A DNA stretch of 64,000 nt, taken from Sphyrna mokarran (Eukaryota). The stretch is taken from assembly GCA_024679065.1 (NCBI GenBank), contig JAGIQG010000016.1:36084001-36148000 (forward strand). The letters are read 5' to 3'. Within the stretch, counting starts at the first letter, position 1; each line of letters starts with the position of its first letter. Below the pieces are notes generated by a model. The model searched no databases. It saw only the letters and a list, made by a program, of their open reading frames with translations, and was not told where the DNA came from. This document shows positions 36,776 to 51,471 of the stretch, one piece after another. Position numbers and translations under genes: made by a program.

Positions 36776-38784
36776 TGGTTTGTCTAATTGTCAATTATCT
36801 GACAAGTTTAAAGTTGTCTTGCTCCCTAATTGACGAGTTTGTTGGAGGATACACTTCCCTTTTTTAATTTGGTGAACCTAGATGAAGGATCCATGCTCAG
36901 CATAACCACAATCTCCTGAACCATATGCCATAAGTCTGATCTTAAAAGAAGAAAGGTGTCCAGAAAATCTGGATTTAACTCACTTGCACAGGGAGTGTGA
37001 TGCATGTGTGAATGGATTACCCAAGGAAGCAGTGAAAGCGGATAGTGTGGAAAAAAACTTAAGGGAGAACTGGGTAGATATTTCGGCGAGTGGGCTGATG
37101 AACATTTGAACTGTTTATGGTCCAATCTTCCTCAAACACAAGATTCAGAGGGAGAAAAAGAATAGAGGAAACGAGTGGCTCTGAGAGAATTCTACAGCAT
37201 TCTAAGTTCCATCCACTGTAAACTCCTACTTGCCTAAAGTTTTACTGCCTGGAATTTATTTACTAGTTCTTTCGAAGCTCAGTACCTGTCATCAATTCCA
37301 TAATCCTTGTCTGTGTTAATAATTCCATCAATAATCGTACCTACCTCCAAATCTCTGGCATCCCATAGAACAAGTCACCAAATTTATTGCCAAGATCTGT
37401 GGAATGAGTCAGGATACACCTGACTTGTTTTGCTTTGATGAGCACAAAGACTACTTTGGTGCCTACTTGCCTGTTCTGGGATAAGTTTTTTATCGATAAA
37501 TAACCCATATCCAACCTCACCCACCTTTTAAACAAAAAGCAACCCAGCCCTTTCAATTGTGTGTGTGTGCGTGCAAGTACTTGTGTATGGAGGGAGGCAA
37601 TGGGTGGCTTGTCATTGTGGTTTTAGTTTCCCCTGCCATGCATGTTTAAGGGAGGTTCGCATGTCAGATAGAATTGGTGGTTAGCCCGCTGTCTTCTCAC
37701 CCACTCTGAGTGCCCCTATAATACAGTGGGTGAGTAATATTTTAGCCAGCCTACCCACCTGTAGGCCTTTTGGGACACTAAACCAGCAATTAATGGACAG
37801 TTATTCCACCTCTGCTTCAATAATAAAATTGGGGCGGGGGGGGAAAGCAGAGGAAAGTGGTCAGTCTCCATTTTTTGCCGTTTGAGGTGAAAAGGCAAGA
37901 AGGAGGGGATGAGCGGGTAACTTTTTCAGGGTGTGAATTGGGGACACACCCTATCAAGATAATGTCCCTTCCTTTGGTGCCTCCTTCCCTGCCCTCCAAT
38001 ACCCTTCTGTCTCTTCCCAAGAGTTGCCATGTGAATGGACAGATAAGAATCAAAAGGCAAATAGAAAGCTGTTGGTAGTAGCGTTGGATTTCAGTGTATA
38101 TTTCTGTTTGGCAATTCAAAATGTACAATAATTCAGATGAGGGAAAACAAGCAAGATTCTCCCTGGATGGAACAGTTTTCCATTAGACAGTTCTTTCACA
38201 CAGGCTGGTATTGAAGCAGCTCTGTGAGAATAGTGTAATGATTGTGTTATTGTATGTGTTATAGAGTTAGAGCAAAGAGTTGAAGATTCTGGATTTGGAG
38301 AAGAGCTATTGATTCAGTGTTGCCAGATCCAACCTGACCATTTGAAGAGTACCGAGAAGTGAATCTCTTGGAATTCTGTGCCATCAAGACTGTTATGACT
38401 AAGAGAGGGTTCATAAACGTGTGTCTTGTTGGTAGTATTATGTCTGTGGACTTCAGACGCAATACAGATGCTGATGAATCGGAGTCTGAGGCCAAAATGA
38501 TTGAATTGGAAATGAGAGATCTCACATAGCTGAGTTGGAAAGACTGTAAGATCGCACATGGTGACGCATTTTCTGTGGGAAGTAATGCGAGTGCTTGTAA
38601 TTGTATGCAAAGTATTCTTGTTGTTTCAACTATTTAAAGTGAGATTTTTTTATATTTGAAGTATCCTTTGCTTGGTCATTACTGTTTGTATTATGTTGAT
38701 TTTAGTTGGCTTCTTTGAAGTAAAAGCTTTAAAAAGTGAAATCTCGTCCATTGGTTTTCTTTCCGTTATCTTCCTAGGGTTCCT

Positions 38785-39065
38785 TTCAGCACACTTGTCA
38801 GCTAAGAGTTCTGAATTATTACCAGTCACAGCATAAAAAAGGTTTTTTCTCACATTCCCCGGAATCTCTTGTCCAAAACCTTAAATGTGTTCCCTAATCC
38901 ACATAACATCAGCCAGTGAGAATAGCTTTTTGTCTACACCATTTAAACATGTCATAATTTTGTACAGCTCACTTGATCCAAGGTGAACAACTCCAGCTTC
39001 TCCAACCTAAACCTCTTAACTAAAATCTTTCATCCCTGGAATCATTCTCCTCTGCATCTCAAGAA
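38785..39065 (-). mobile_element. decayed CR1 3' fragment
   Basis: cataattttgtacagctc...ccaaggtgaacaactccagcttctccaacct...catccctggaatcattct. Confidence 0.65.
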
Positions 39066-39189
39066 TTCTCAGCAGAAAGGCGATTTTGTACTTTTGATGC
39101 TTTTAGCATCAAGAGTACAGTATTAGTACACTCTTAAAAACAGCAACTTCAGGACTGGGTCTCTGCCAGATTTTAGATCTTGCCAAACC

Positions 39190-39502
39190 CAGTGGCAGCA
39201 CAGTGGTTAGCACTGCTGCCTCACAGCGCCAGGGACCCAGGTTCGCTTCTGGCCTCAGGTCACTGTCTGTGTGGAGTTTGTACTTTCTTCCCATATCTGT
39301 GTGGGTTTTCTCCAAGTGCTTCATTTTGCTCCTGCAGTCTAAAGATGTGTGAGTTAGGTTGCTTGGCCATGCTAAATTGACTCTAGAGTCAGGGGAATTA
39401 GCATTTAAATGTGTGGGATTATGGGGATGGAGCCTGGGTGGGATTGTGGTCAGTAAAGACTCAATGGGTCTCTGTAGGGATTCTGTGAATCTATTCTATG
39501 AT
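39190..39502 (+). mobile_element. HE1-like V-SINE, tail A
   Basis: ggcagcacagtggttagcactgctgcctcacagcgccagggacccaggttcg; tail ctgtagggattctgtgaatctattctatgatt. Confidence 0.92.
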
Positions 39503-40851
39503 TTTGGGCCAGGCAGTTCAGACTGGGTCGGGTGGGATTCAAGGATCGCTTGGAGTGCAGCAAAAGAGAGACCCCAGAGCCGATAATTAGTTAGCACACC
39601 AATGCAGCACCTAGCTGATCAAACTGGTATATGACTTTACTCATCTAATAATAATTAAAATTAATGCATGGCAGTGCATTAAACAAAAAGCCCAGTTTTT
39701 GGGTTTCACATTTAGACAGCTGGATGTGAGACACTGTACCTGTAATATAAACCAATAAATGTACCTTGCCATACTTTTATCAAGAGAACCTGGTAAGAAG
39801 GTGAGAACATGTGTTCACAACAAAATCAAAACAGCAGATGCAAAGCTTTGCTGAGAACAAATGGTTGTGGCTTGTTTTATCATCATTCATGCATCAGAAA
39901 TTCTTTTCAGTCATTTAAAGATCTCACTGACAGTTTTGGAAAGAAAATGATGGTGTTTGTGAGATTTTCCAGCAGAGGGGCCAGGATCTCTGGATCTGCC
40001 AACTTCACACAGGTGCAAATAGGTAGTACTCTGGCAAGAGGTGCGGGTGGAGCTGATGCTTCATTGTTAGGTGGAATATGAAAGGATTTAAGGGAAAACA
40101 TCTTCATTGTGACAGAGGGAGTTGCCCAGCATAGATACCAGGCCTGTGTGGGTATTTCTGTTGCCTTTCTTTCAATCCATCTGCCTTTTGTGGATGTTCT
40201 TGTTTGTACAGAAGGTCCTTACTTCATGAAATCTCAAGTTATGAAAATGCAAAGCTTCAAAGAGCAGGATTAAGGCAAAAAGAATGGCAAGATTCTGTGG
40301 GATTCCTGGCAACCACAGCTAAACCTATACTGGTTCATTGTGCTGAGATTTATGCTGAGACTTGCTAATTAAAAATGCAACTTAACTTGAATATATTTGT
40401 TAACAGCCATTTGCTTATATACAGTGCTGTTTCATTTTGTAAAAACTATACTTGTGAGACTGTAAACCAAAAACAGCAAGGCTTCACAGAAAAAGCAAGA
40501 GTAGACAAGAGGTGTACCATGGCTTCCACTGTATCCCAGGTATATGAGACAGAGAACCATGTCATTTTAAATGGTGCTATCACTGAATGTTCATCCCCTC
40601 CCATATCCTGATCTTCAAATCCAATGACAGAGAATTATCCTGCCCAGTTTACTGCTTTCTTCAACACATACACAACAGATCATTCAGTAATTATTGGATC
40701 CAAAATGTTTGAATTAATGAATTCTGTTGAAACCAACAGTCGTTTACACCAGAACTCTTGAGATTAAATTTACCATTTAAGTATCAGAGAACAAGACATC
40801 AGTGCTCAAGATCAGGATCAAAAAGCACAGCAGATAGTACCAGCTCCCTCA

Positions 40852-41540
40852 TGATTCAGTTTTATGGCCCCTCCAACAGGTATGTTTTCAGCAGGGGAAA
40901 CTTGGAAAATATGAGCCCAGCCCACCACCTAACCACTCCCAAACTGTTCCTCCATAATATGGTAGGTGGATAGGTATGAAAATCAGCAGACCTAGCATAG
41001 TTAAAGGTAAATTGAGTTTCTTACCAAGCTACTTGATCAGGCATTACACTACACAATGCCATAATATAGTTGGCATGGGTGGGAGATTGCAGTCCATTGT
41101 TGAAGGACAAGTTGAAAAAGGAAGTAAGGGAGCACCTCATGCTGTGTACTTATGTGCATCGGAGCTATGCTAAAGGTGTCATTCAGCACTTTGTGCTTCA
41201 CCACCTGCCCTTCCCACCTCCACCCCACATTCCCTGCGCCCCAAAATAAATGTCTGTCCTGAAAGTCCAGGACACCTCACTTTGGCATCAGTTCTTCCTG
41301 CTCCTTTTTGCAGTCATGGCAGTGTCCTCTACTGAGCTCTGGCACTCCTTGCCTCTCAAGGGTTTGATTTCCTGTCCAGCAAGGATTAGCTTACTAGCAG
41401 CATGTAATGTTACAGATGTTGGGTGGTCTTCTCCCAGGCGTATCAGCTGCTGGCAGATTATCCTTTTGCAGGGGTTGGGTGGGGGGAGTGAGCAGTTTAC
41501 TCCTTCCACCCCCCACCCCCTCCCCTACAAAATCCAGTCC
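40852..41540. mobile_element. decayed GC-richer MITE-like element
   Basis: Ends in aaaatccagtcc, similar to TIRs of other MITEs here; left end degenerate. Confidence 0.3.
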
Positions 41541-43029
41541 ACTGTTTAGCAGTGTCACATTTTTCACTTGATTCCAGCAATTCACATAGGCTTTAAAAAT
41601 TTATGAAGGAAAACAGACTCATTTCAAGTTGCAGATGCAATTGTGTTGGTGCAATTCTTACACATCGAGTTGTTTTGTTGAAAGGTTAAATTAAGCGTGA
41701 TGGCTTTGAACTATATTGTTCTGGTTGGTCTAGCATAGAAGCAGTGTGGGAGTGTGTTATCAGACTGTACAAAAGATTCTGATGATATAACTAGACTTGA
41801 TGTACATGTCATAATGTCCATACTATTCTTGAAAAAGAAACTCTTATTAAGTTAAAATTATAATGTGGTGATGGATTATTTTGTTTGCATGACTCCAAAA
41901 ACTTTTACTTTATTAGTAAATTTATTATACTTGTTTAAACGAAAGCAAGCTTTGCTTAGCAATTATGACACAGTAAGCTTAGAAAATCCTTCATATCTAG
42001 AATTTAAACTTAAATCCAGTACTAACTATCTGGATTAAATGTTGTGAGGTGTGGTTACTACACCTCGGTCTACTTACTGTGATATTCCCTTATTGGCTAT
42101 AAGATTCTTTGTAACATGAATGCACACATTCTCTTGTGGAATCCCTAAACTGAATAAGAATATAACTTCAAAAAAGTGTGCTATTTCTCAACCATTTTGT
42201 ACTGATGCAGCACCATCATTGCCACATGGTTATTACACAGGGCAGCCTAGACACTGTTGGACGTGTCACACTGTGATACATTGCTACTGCATATTGCAAT
42301 ACCATGACATCCAAGTTTTTAACGAACATGTCAAAGTTGAATCATGTCACAGCAGCCTCGTAATGGTAAAGGTTTGTGAATAATGATGACCTGTAAATAG
42401 TAATTTCTTTCTCAGTGTGTGTGAGACCATTAAAACTCTGAAAGTATTACTTACACACAAGGTCTTGACATTCCTAATTTTTCAGCATTTTTTTAGCATG
42501 AAAGAAATGCAAAGGGGGCACGTTAACAGTGGAAGTTTGTTTGTCTTCATCTTTCCTTATTTTTATCTTCTTTTTGAACCTTAAATCATTGTGCGTTACT
42601 GGTAATCTCATAAGCTTTTCTCTTGGATTAAAATTTGGCTCTGCAATATTGAGTAAAAATATGGAGAAGTCAGGGAGTAGTGTGCCAGCATTATTTTTGT
42701 GCTATTGTTCCAGCTGAATCTATTGAATGTGCATTTATCATATGTTAACCTGAGTCCAGCACTAATTACAAATAAGATCTCAATACATCTAGGCATAAAA
42801 TCTAGGTATAAAGTATGAATTTTAGTTGTGGTTATTACCGACAGGGCATAACTTGGGGAAATAAATATAAAACCTGAACTCAGAACCATTTGAAACTGAA
42901 ACTGCACTTTCTGAGAATAATGGTGTTTTCCAGTTTAAAAAAATGCCTGATATAGGAACTGTTAACGTTATTTTGTTAGCCTAAATTTCATATCTTGGCG
43001 CAACAGCCAAGAGGTTTCAGGTTCTGGAG

Positions 43030-43110
43030 ATCAAAATCATGATTACTTTTATTTGTTTCAGGGATGTGGGTATCACAGACAAGGACAGCATTCATTGTCC
43101 ATCCCTGATC
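43030..43110 (-). mobile_element. isolated SlmI-like/partner LINE tail
   Basis: ttcagggatgtgggtatcac...cagcattcattgtccatccct. Confidence 0.65.
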
Positions 43111-44737
43111 AATGCATTTTGATTTTGTGTGTCTTTGGCATAAAATGATCGTTTAGGCTTTGAAGTTCCTGTGAAAATTTTTAAAAAATCATGAACATAC
43201 TTTCAAAACTCTCCACCCAGCATTTTAGAAAAGATACTTACTCGCTCTTTTAAAAAAAAACTTTGACAGTATCGTTTGAGCTTTATAACAATACGAAGGA
43301 TTAATTAGCGCAATCTGAGATTTAAATCTGTGACTTGTACAATCTGAAAGTTTTTAAGACAGCGTGCCGACAGGAAGCTCAAATTAAATGAAGTGAGTTG
43401 AAAACCATGGGATTTTTACATAGTAATAAAGAGAGGGTCAGTAGTTCCAGAATATGAATACAATAATTGATTCTAGGGAGGGTTGTATATGCCTCCTCCC
43501 TGCCGCTTGCAAATAATCCTTTGTAACTCTTGAGATAATGACATGATAGAATACTTGCAAGCGAGTATTTAAGTGACTCCAGAAGTCAGAGAGCCAGTGA
43601 ACTACGGTTGCAGCTGTAATGTGATGTTTTCTGTTACTTTATTTGTGCATAATAATTATTTTTCATGCAAAGCAACTCAACTTACATTAAACTTAAGTAC
43701 GCTGTGAGGTGATGGTGGGTATTCTTGGTAAATGTGACAAATCTGTAACTCCCATGTTTTGCAATTATATGTTCTATTCTTACACCAATGAATGAACAGG
43801 AGATTTGCATTGCAAGGAAATAGTGGAGAACCATATCTGTATGGGAGGTCATACTGCCTTTTATATATTTTAGTCAAATCTGGTTGGTTTTATGATGTGC
43901 ACATGATTGCTTTCTGCCTTGCCTTGCTGCTTTCAATATTAATCATTTCGGTTTTATTTTCCAAATTGAGAAAATGAAGGTTGTGATATTGTAAGGGACC
44001 GTATATTTCTGATTCCCATAGGGAAATAAAATATGAAGATACTGACTTCTTGCATAGAATAAGACCAAACATTGACAGTCACAAATAGTATAGTTTAACT
44101 GGCTGATGGCAGCGATTGTTTCTATTCATTTAACTACAGTGCGAACAACATATCTTACCTGCAATGGTTTAATCTGCTCTCTTTTGAACTTGAGACATTT
44201 TTGTGAGGTCTGTTGTTCTAAAAAGAACAAGTGATCTACTCCCTGCCAAGAGGTGATCTGTTCACAGTGAGTAGAGTGGGACAGGTGCAAAAAAATGAGC
44301 GCTGAAAAAGCTATGCAAGTTCATTTGTCCTCTTACGTTTAAGCCCACCAGTTGAAAGGAAATGCATCCAATAATTAATCACTCCAGAATACTATGTGTG
44401 CTCCATGAAAAGCAACAGCACTGCTTCGTCATGAGAAATAGCCTCCGGGTGTGATGAATCATGTTGTTCTTCACTGTTACTCCTACCACAATATAGTAAT
44501 GGAGCAATACCAGCTGAAAAAATCAGGAAAATCAGTTATCCCTAACCTGTAATATTTATAGCGCTTGCTAAGAATGATTGTGCCGAAATCCAGGATGAAG
44601 ACGACTCTTGATGTTTTATTGTTCATCAGAGCTGGCCTCCCTCTGTCGCAACAATTACATGCTTTTAAAGAAATTGGTGAGTTCATTAAAAAAAATGCAC
44701 ATTAATCACACTATATTCCTAAGTATTGGGTTAGTGA

Positions 44738-45125
44738 AGGAAAGAGCTTGCATTTACATAGCAGTTAGCAGATCCTAAAGTGCTTCATATATAAGGAACC
44801 ATTTTGAAGAAGTCGCTTTTGTTATGTCGTCAATATACCAATTATTTTGTACACAGGAGGATCCCACCAGCACTAGCTTTGTTTCTGGCAGAATTAATTG
44901 AAAGAGTAATATTGTCCAGGATATTTTCTCAGCACAATGAATTTTTAACATTTACCTGTACAGACAAACTGATTTAAAATCCTTTTAAAAGGAAAGCATA
45001 TCTGATAATGCAGCCTGCTCTTAGCACTGCAGTGTTAGAACATGTGTTATGAACTCAAATTCTGGAGCAGCATTTAAACCCTTAAATGGCTAATTCTGCC
45101 AATACCAACCATCCAAGCTAATGAG
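44738..45125 (-). mobile_element. decayed SacSINE1-like Deu-SINE
   Basis: gcttgcatttacatagc...aaagtgcttca...taatattgtccagga...tctgataatgcagc...ttagcactgca. Confidence 0.6.
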
Positions 45126-48100
45126 GTTGAGATGCTTCGTTAACTTATGAAAACAAAAGAATATTCTGGATTTTTATATCCATCAACTCTTTGCTAATAA
45201 TTCAACTGTGCCCACTCTTCTCAAAATATCTAGCAACTAATTCAACCTTGAATCCATTTATTTGGTCTGATTCAATTGACCTTTGAATGCAACCTTTTTC
45301 ACAACTTGAGGCCGTGGTCAAAAAAAGATTTGATTTAATATTGTCCTTATTCTGAAATTTATAGATGTTCATTTGCATATTGTTTTCTGAAAACTGTCAC
45401 CATGGTGAGAAAGAATAGGACGTTAAAATGCCTGAAGAAATGAAGATGAGTTTTATGGTGCTATCACACTACCACTACTCAAAATGGAGTAGTATTAAGG
45501 CAAAGTTATACAACTGGTGAAGCAATGTATTACATCAGAATTGCCATTTGTGACATTCAGGTGGGATTCCACTCTGGCAACTGCAGCTCTTCTTAGAGTC
45601 AATTCAGATGCATTTACACAAATCCGAGGCAAATAATGCAGCTCAGACTCCCAACAAGACTTTTTATCTCGGTCTACCTGCCAACTGCTTCTGCCCACCA
45701 ACTATGGGAGGCAGCCATGTCTAATCATAATTAAAGGAATATTCAACTTGAATCTTGAAAGTTAAATGGCAATTTGGGATGCACTATTTGGCAGTCCCTT
45801 GCGGATTTTGAGTTATTAAAGGCTTCTAAATTTGGTGTATTTGATGCTGTTGGTTCTAACTATATAGAGCCTGTTGTTATAAAATGTAGCATCATTTCAT
45901 TCCTGACACTATTCCCCTTTACATTCCTACAGCAGGCCTTCTGCCCTTTCCAATTAATTGCCTGCAGATGAGTGAGATGTCTTCTGGAGACTGGCAGACT
46001 GTTGGTCACATTTTAATTAGGGTACAGACTAAAATCAATGGTATTACTTTAGGTTTCCGTTGGGTGGGCACTCTCACAGCATAGTGGATAAATGATTAAA
46101 ACATCCTTCCCCATAGGTGTAAAACTTCAGGGCCAGATTTTTGCTACTCAGACAGATAGCTTGAATCTGCAAATTTCCCAACTTGATAGGCACACCTTAG
46201 TTTAAAGAGTCACCTTAGATCCAACATTTGCTCTGGGGAGGCGAGGACAAAACTGAGTCGGGCCTGTAGACCTGAAAAGCAGATCCTAGATGGCCATGGT
46301 CAGGCACTTGCAGCTGGTTTGGTCGTCTGGCTTGATTCTCTGGAATTTCTCATTTTAGATACTTTTAGGTTATCTAGCCCTCACACTTTTAAAGCTTCAA
46401 ACCACCTCCATGCTAACACACAGACCCCATCATTCTCCATGGACCCTCGTAATCCATACCACTTTCATGGCAACTCATCCAGTACCCATAAGGAACCAGG
46501 TTGAGATGAAGGAAATAAACTTACAACAATCTGGTATAGTTCTCACTCCAAGACATATCATGATATATAGAATTCCCATTCATGAAATCCATTTGAAGCA
46601 TTTATAAGTGGTCAATTTCCTATAAAAACAAAGTTATATTTGACCTCACATCAAGGGTAATAATGATCTAATAGCTTATTTAAATTGTCAGTCAAACTGA
46701 AGAATCAGAACCCCTTGCTGAGATAATCACAGCTTTTAAACCTCAGCCAAGCATTCATAATATAAAGGTAGGCCTTGAGAAAATGTTGATGAGGCATTCT
46801 ATTGAAAATGCATAACTGAGTGGCAATGTTCTTTCTAACCAGCGCCAGATTGATAGACTATCAATCAAAACAATTCAGTAGAGGGTCTTTTTTTCAACTT
46901 TCACTGACAGCCTCAGCCTGTTTTTAAATGTTTAAAGAGAGGGGATTTTCAAAAAAAATCTGATCATCACACTGAAATAAACCTTATTGTCCCTCGGTGT
47001 TGACATCTATTGCATTAATTTGTGACTCCCACACAGCGGGTTAAGGTTCAGGCAACAGCCAAAATGGGATTTGTTTAAATCAGCACTAAATCCAAATGGC
47101 CCTTTCAGAGTTTGGCATTCCCTCCTGTGTGTTTCAAGCCCTGTCCCTTCCTCTGTGCCAGCAAAAATTGGATCTGCTAGAAATAGGGGCATTTGGATCC
47201 CAGCTGTCATTTCTAATGGTCTGCAGAGTCTTTCAAGGCCAGGCTTTCATGGAATTAGAATGTGTTTAGCTGATGCTTCAATTCTTTTCGTAAGGAGTCT
47301 AAATCCAGTGATTTCAAACAGGTTAGGAGCTCCACTAATGCAAAAGAAAATTTTAAGCAAATGTGTTTATCATCCTGTGGTTTAATTTCAAGGGCATAGG
47401 GTTTTCTTGGCTGGTGCCCATGCATTTGAATGCACTTGCATTCCCCTCATTTCATCACAATCACTAGCTTATTGCAGAACCCCGAGTTAATGTACACCTC
47501 CTCATTCCTCACCAGCTAATTATACTACATATAAACTTCAGAACACAGTAGTGCATTTTGTATTTTGGACCACACTTGGCCAACAATGATATGATAATGT
47601 GGCATCTGGCAGAGTTAGGCACATGTCCGTCTGAAACAATGGGATCCTGTTTTACTTCACTGATTGCCACAGGAGCTGTCACATGCCTTCTGTAGATCAC
47701 AGTTCCCATGTCAAAGCTGTGCTATCATAGCAAAGTTAAAGTGTAACAGAACACATACTGATTAACAGTAGTACTATGTGGAGCTTAACCCACTTACAAG
47801 CAAGACCTTTGCTCCCTCGTGGGGTGGGCTGAACGTCCTACCACTAATCATTGCATAGCCTCTGATATAAATTCACAAAATAATTGTTGTGCTGCTAATG
47901 CAAATGCAGGCTTCAACCAGCACATTCTTGCTTATTTTCCCTGTCTTAATGTACATTAATAACTTCAGAATGTGCTTGCACAGCTGGTGTTCCCCTTTTG
48001 TACACTCGATTAAACAGCGAGGACTTAAATGACAAAATATTTTTCATTACATTAGTTACATCTGCAGTAGTTTTACTGCTGAGGCTGTATTTAGTAAGGT

Positions 48101-48796
48101 GTACTAGTTTCAGATGTTAGTAATATTTTATCTCTGACTAATGCTTGTTCTTTCTATAATTGTTTCATTATTTCTCTTACTGATATATCACAGATTTTTT
48201 GCCACTTGCTGTACACTGATGCACAATGTGTAAGATTTCAGGAAGTTCTGCTCTTAAAACGGACAAGTGGTCTGGCTTCAGCATGTTTTAGAATACCTCA
48301 CAGCAATTTCTGCCATGACACACTGAGATCCCAGCAGCAATGACCAAGTTGTTGTTTAAAAAAATGTCAACTTAAACACAAATGAAAATGGAAGTTCATT
48401 TGACTTGGCAGTTCTGGGAAATTGCTGTAGCAGCAAACCTGCTAACGATTTCTTGCACAGCTTATCTTTGGCTGTGTAAAGAACTGAGAAATCTCGACTC
48501 CCAATACAGCCACAATGCATCTTTAAATTTAAAAAAAACACCTTCATGCAGGACAAGTACAAATGAATACAATCATATGCAGAAGACATCAGTCATAAAA
48601 GCAGCTCAATTGAGCACAAAGGATAAATTTATAGGAGGGCTCACGAGGTTTAAAAAAATCCTAAAGAAAGCAGACTGCAAAGTATTTCAGCTATTACTGT
48701 GCGTTAGGGGATGCTTCTTATTCCCATGGGTTGACAAGCTATGCTCACACAAGCTATGCTCATAATACCCATGATGCATTGTCGTATATAGAAAGT

Positions 48797-49123
48797 TTTT
48801 TTCATTCTTGAGACATGGGCCTCACTGGCTGGCCAGCATTTATTGCCCATCCCTAGTTGAGAGACAACCACATTGCTGTGGCTCTGGAGTCACGTGTAGG
48901 CCAAACCAGGTAAGGATGGCAGATTTCCCTCCCTAAAGTAGATTAATGAACTAGATGGGTTTTTCTGACAATTGAGAATGGTTTCATGCTCATTGTAGAT
49001 ACTCAATTCCAGATAGTTATTATTGAATTCAAGTTCCACCATCAGGCGTGGTGGGATTCGAAGCCAGGCTCCCAGAATGTTAGCTGAATTTCTGGATTAA
49101 TAAGCTAGGCCATTGCTTCTCCC
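48797..49123 (-). mobile_element. SlmI/MetaSINE-like SINE
   Basis: Reverse complement of 4998-5308: cagcatttattgcccatccct...cacattgctgtgg...ggatggcagatttccctccctaaa...gggattcgaa. Confidence 0.8.
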
Positions 49124-49329
49124 TAGTGTCAATTAGCTTATCCCATTATGTTCACTTCTCCAATAGCCATCTTTGTTTTTGTAAAGGCCAGCAGCTAATC
49201 CAATGAAGAGCCCCCAGGTGTACAATACATTCTCATTGGAGAGCAGATTGACTTGAGCTCTGCACATGCACTTAATACAATCCAGTGGCATTGCATTATG
49301 GATCTCCATGCTTGCCATATCTGTTAGAG

Positions 49330-49778
49330 GGTGGAATATTCTCTTTTTTTTTTGACAATGTGTCAGGTTGGGGGGGTGATGAAGGGGGGCGAAGTGTAGC
49401 CTGATAAGTGCACTGTGGCTTTACCTGCCATCTTTTTAGACTAATTGTCAAAAAGAAATCCTGGAGGAAGGCTGCCCTGCCAGTGATCTCAGCCCCTGCA
49501 TGGCATCCAGATTTGAAAACCAAAAAATTTAAAAAAATAACAAAATATTCCACAGAACACATCCCTATTCCCTCCACAGACATGAACCCCTCCCCTGCCC
49601 CTCCGTATGGAGCTGTAACTCATGCATTCTCCAGGGAGCACACCCCCCCCGCCCCCGCCAACAACACCTGAAGTCCCAGATATCCTGCCAACATGAGAGC
49701 CACTTTGAGGCTACCACTCAATTCTCTGCCCCCAATGCCATTCCCACTCATGAAAAGCAGAGGAGGAAAATCTCCTCA
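49330..49778. mobile_element. MITE-like element
   Basis: Imperfect TIRs gggtggaatattctc / aggaaaatctcctc; GC-rich interior. Confidence 0.4.
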
Positions 49779-50329
49779 GGTTATTAATTTGATTTCATCA
49801 CTCCCAGAGACTCTGTAGATTTCTCCCTGTAGATTATTTCTCCTCAAGAACCATGCTAATATCGCTATTGGCAGTTGAATACAAAAGTAATTCTGAAGAC
49901 TGGGGCTACTAATTTTATTATACTAAGTACTTTGTAGGGAAACTGGTGCAACACCATTTATTGTTGAAGACCGAAGAATGTGAGGATGTTGTGCTCAATT
50001 TTTTGGACTGGTCAAAAACAATTCACTGCCTGGTCCTGGCTGCTATGTGCACAGTGTAGCGGTGAGTTTGTTCTGTGCATCAGAAAGTGCCCTCCATAAA
50101 GATAGTGATAACTCTTCCCCATCACCCCCATGAAAATTGTGACATCGCTTACTCTCCCAGTTCAGTATTTCTAGCCATTTCCTTTCCTCCATGCCATTGC
50201 TTTGTTGCTATTGGGAAATACAGAGCAGATCCCTTACCAATTGATGGAGAGATTACTGGATGAAATGTCCTCCCTGTCTCATACCTCCTGAGATCTGGCT
50301 CAAAGTGGCATTATGATGGTATCTCTCCC

Positions 50330-50520
50330 AATCTCACCCTCCACAAACTCCCAGCGTGTTCAAAATTCAGATATTCAAATCTTGTCTTGCTTGCTCATCA
50401 CAGCTGCTTCTCCTGAACTACTTTGGCTGCCTATCCCTAAGCACATTTAATCTAAAATCCCTATCCTTATTTTCCAATTCCAGCATTGCCTTTCCTCAAT
50501 CTTTCGCTGTGACTTTATGC
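50330..50520 (+). mobile_element. L2-clade LINE ORF2 C-terminal remnant
   Basis: aaactcccagcgtgttcaaaattcag (KLQ-VQNS), ctttggctgcctatc (LWLPI), aaaatccctatccttattttc (KI-ILIF). Confidence 0.55.
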
Positions 50521-50554
50521 TCTCTCTGACATGCTTCAGCTTTCTGATTCTTCC

Positions 50555-50757
50555 TTGGATGTTAGAAGTTTGGAATCCTTTTCCACGATTCCTTCAATGC
50601 TCAATCGTCCATTTTAAAATCTGAGATTGCTATATTGTTGGTAGCCAAATATATTAAGGGATATGAAGAAAAAGTGGGTATATAAACTTGGGATACAACA
50701 GCCACAATCTCACTGATTGATGGAAAAGGCTTGAGGGACTAAATTGTCTTCTTGTAT
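50555..50757 (+). mobile_element. decayed CR1 3' end
   Basis: gtttggaatc...attaaggggatatg...cagccacaatctc...ggcttgagggactaaat. Confidence 0.65.
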
Positions 50758-51137
50758 AAAATAACAGTAAAATAACAGAAATAAGTATACTGGTCTGAAC
50801 TGGTCTTGTAGATTTCAGACCAGGATGCCAATAAAATGGGGAAATAAAAATGCTAGTCCAAATTGTCTGTTCTTTTGGGGCTTGTTGCTATGTTCTTTCA
50901 CTCCACCATTGATGCTGTCTCTCTTCCCTGGAAATACTTTCCCTGAGCCCCCATCAACCATATAAAATAATTCAAAACCCATATTTTCCATCATGCCTTT
51001 GGTCCTCAAATTCCTACTTGGTTTAGAATTGTTTATCCTTTCTATTATCATTCCTTTTCCTTTATTTCCTTTCTTCCCCTTCCTACTGAATTACAATAAA
51101 AATGAAGCTTGTACTTGTCAAGCATTTACTGCTACAC

Positions 51138-51455
51138 CAGCATGGTGGTATAATGGTTAGCATTGCTGCTTCACAGTGCAAGGAACCCAGGTTCGATTCT
51201 GGTCTTAGGTAAGTGGGTGTGGTGTTTGCATGTTCTCCCCATGTCTCCGTGGGTTTTGTCCATATGCTCTGGTTTCCTCCCACACTTGAAAGATGTGCAG
51301 GTTATTGATTGTCATACTGAACTGCTGCTTAGTATCAGGGAGACTAGCAGGATAAGTACATGGGGTTGCAGGGAGAGAGATTGGGTGGAATTGTTGCCAG
51401 TGCAGGCTCAATGGGCCAAATGGGTTTCATCTGACTGCTCTGGTTCCCTCCTACA
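51138..51455 (+). mobile_element. HE1-like V-SINE, tail A
   Basis: tggttagcattgctgcttcacag, ggttcgattc, V-domain, tail gtgcaggctcaatgggccaaatgg. Confidence 0.85.
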
Positions 51456-51471
51456 ATCCAAATTATATACT

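Noticed and set aside
38265-38530. Possible exon (ELEQRVEDSGFGEELL... or EEYREVNLLEF...)
   Set aside because: Weak acceptor, stops in all frames, no donor and no recognisable protein
39190-39260. tRNA gene
   Set aside because: A/B boxes belong to the tRNA-derived SINE head; no complete cloverleaf
48382-48765. 127-aa ORF in unique DNA
   Set aside because: No motif, no convincing splice signals, contains a local micro-duplication; expected by chance in 64 kb
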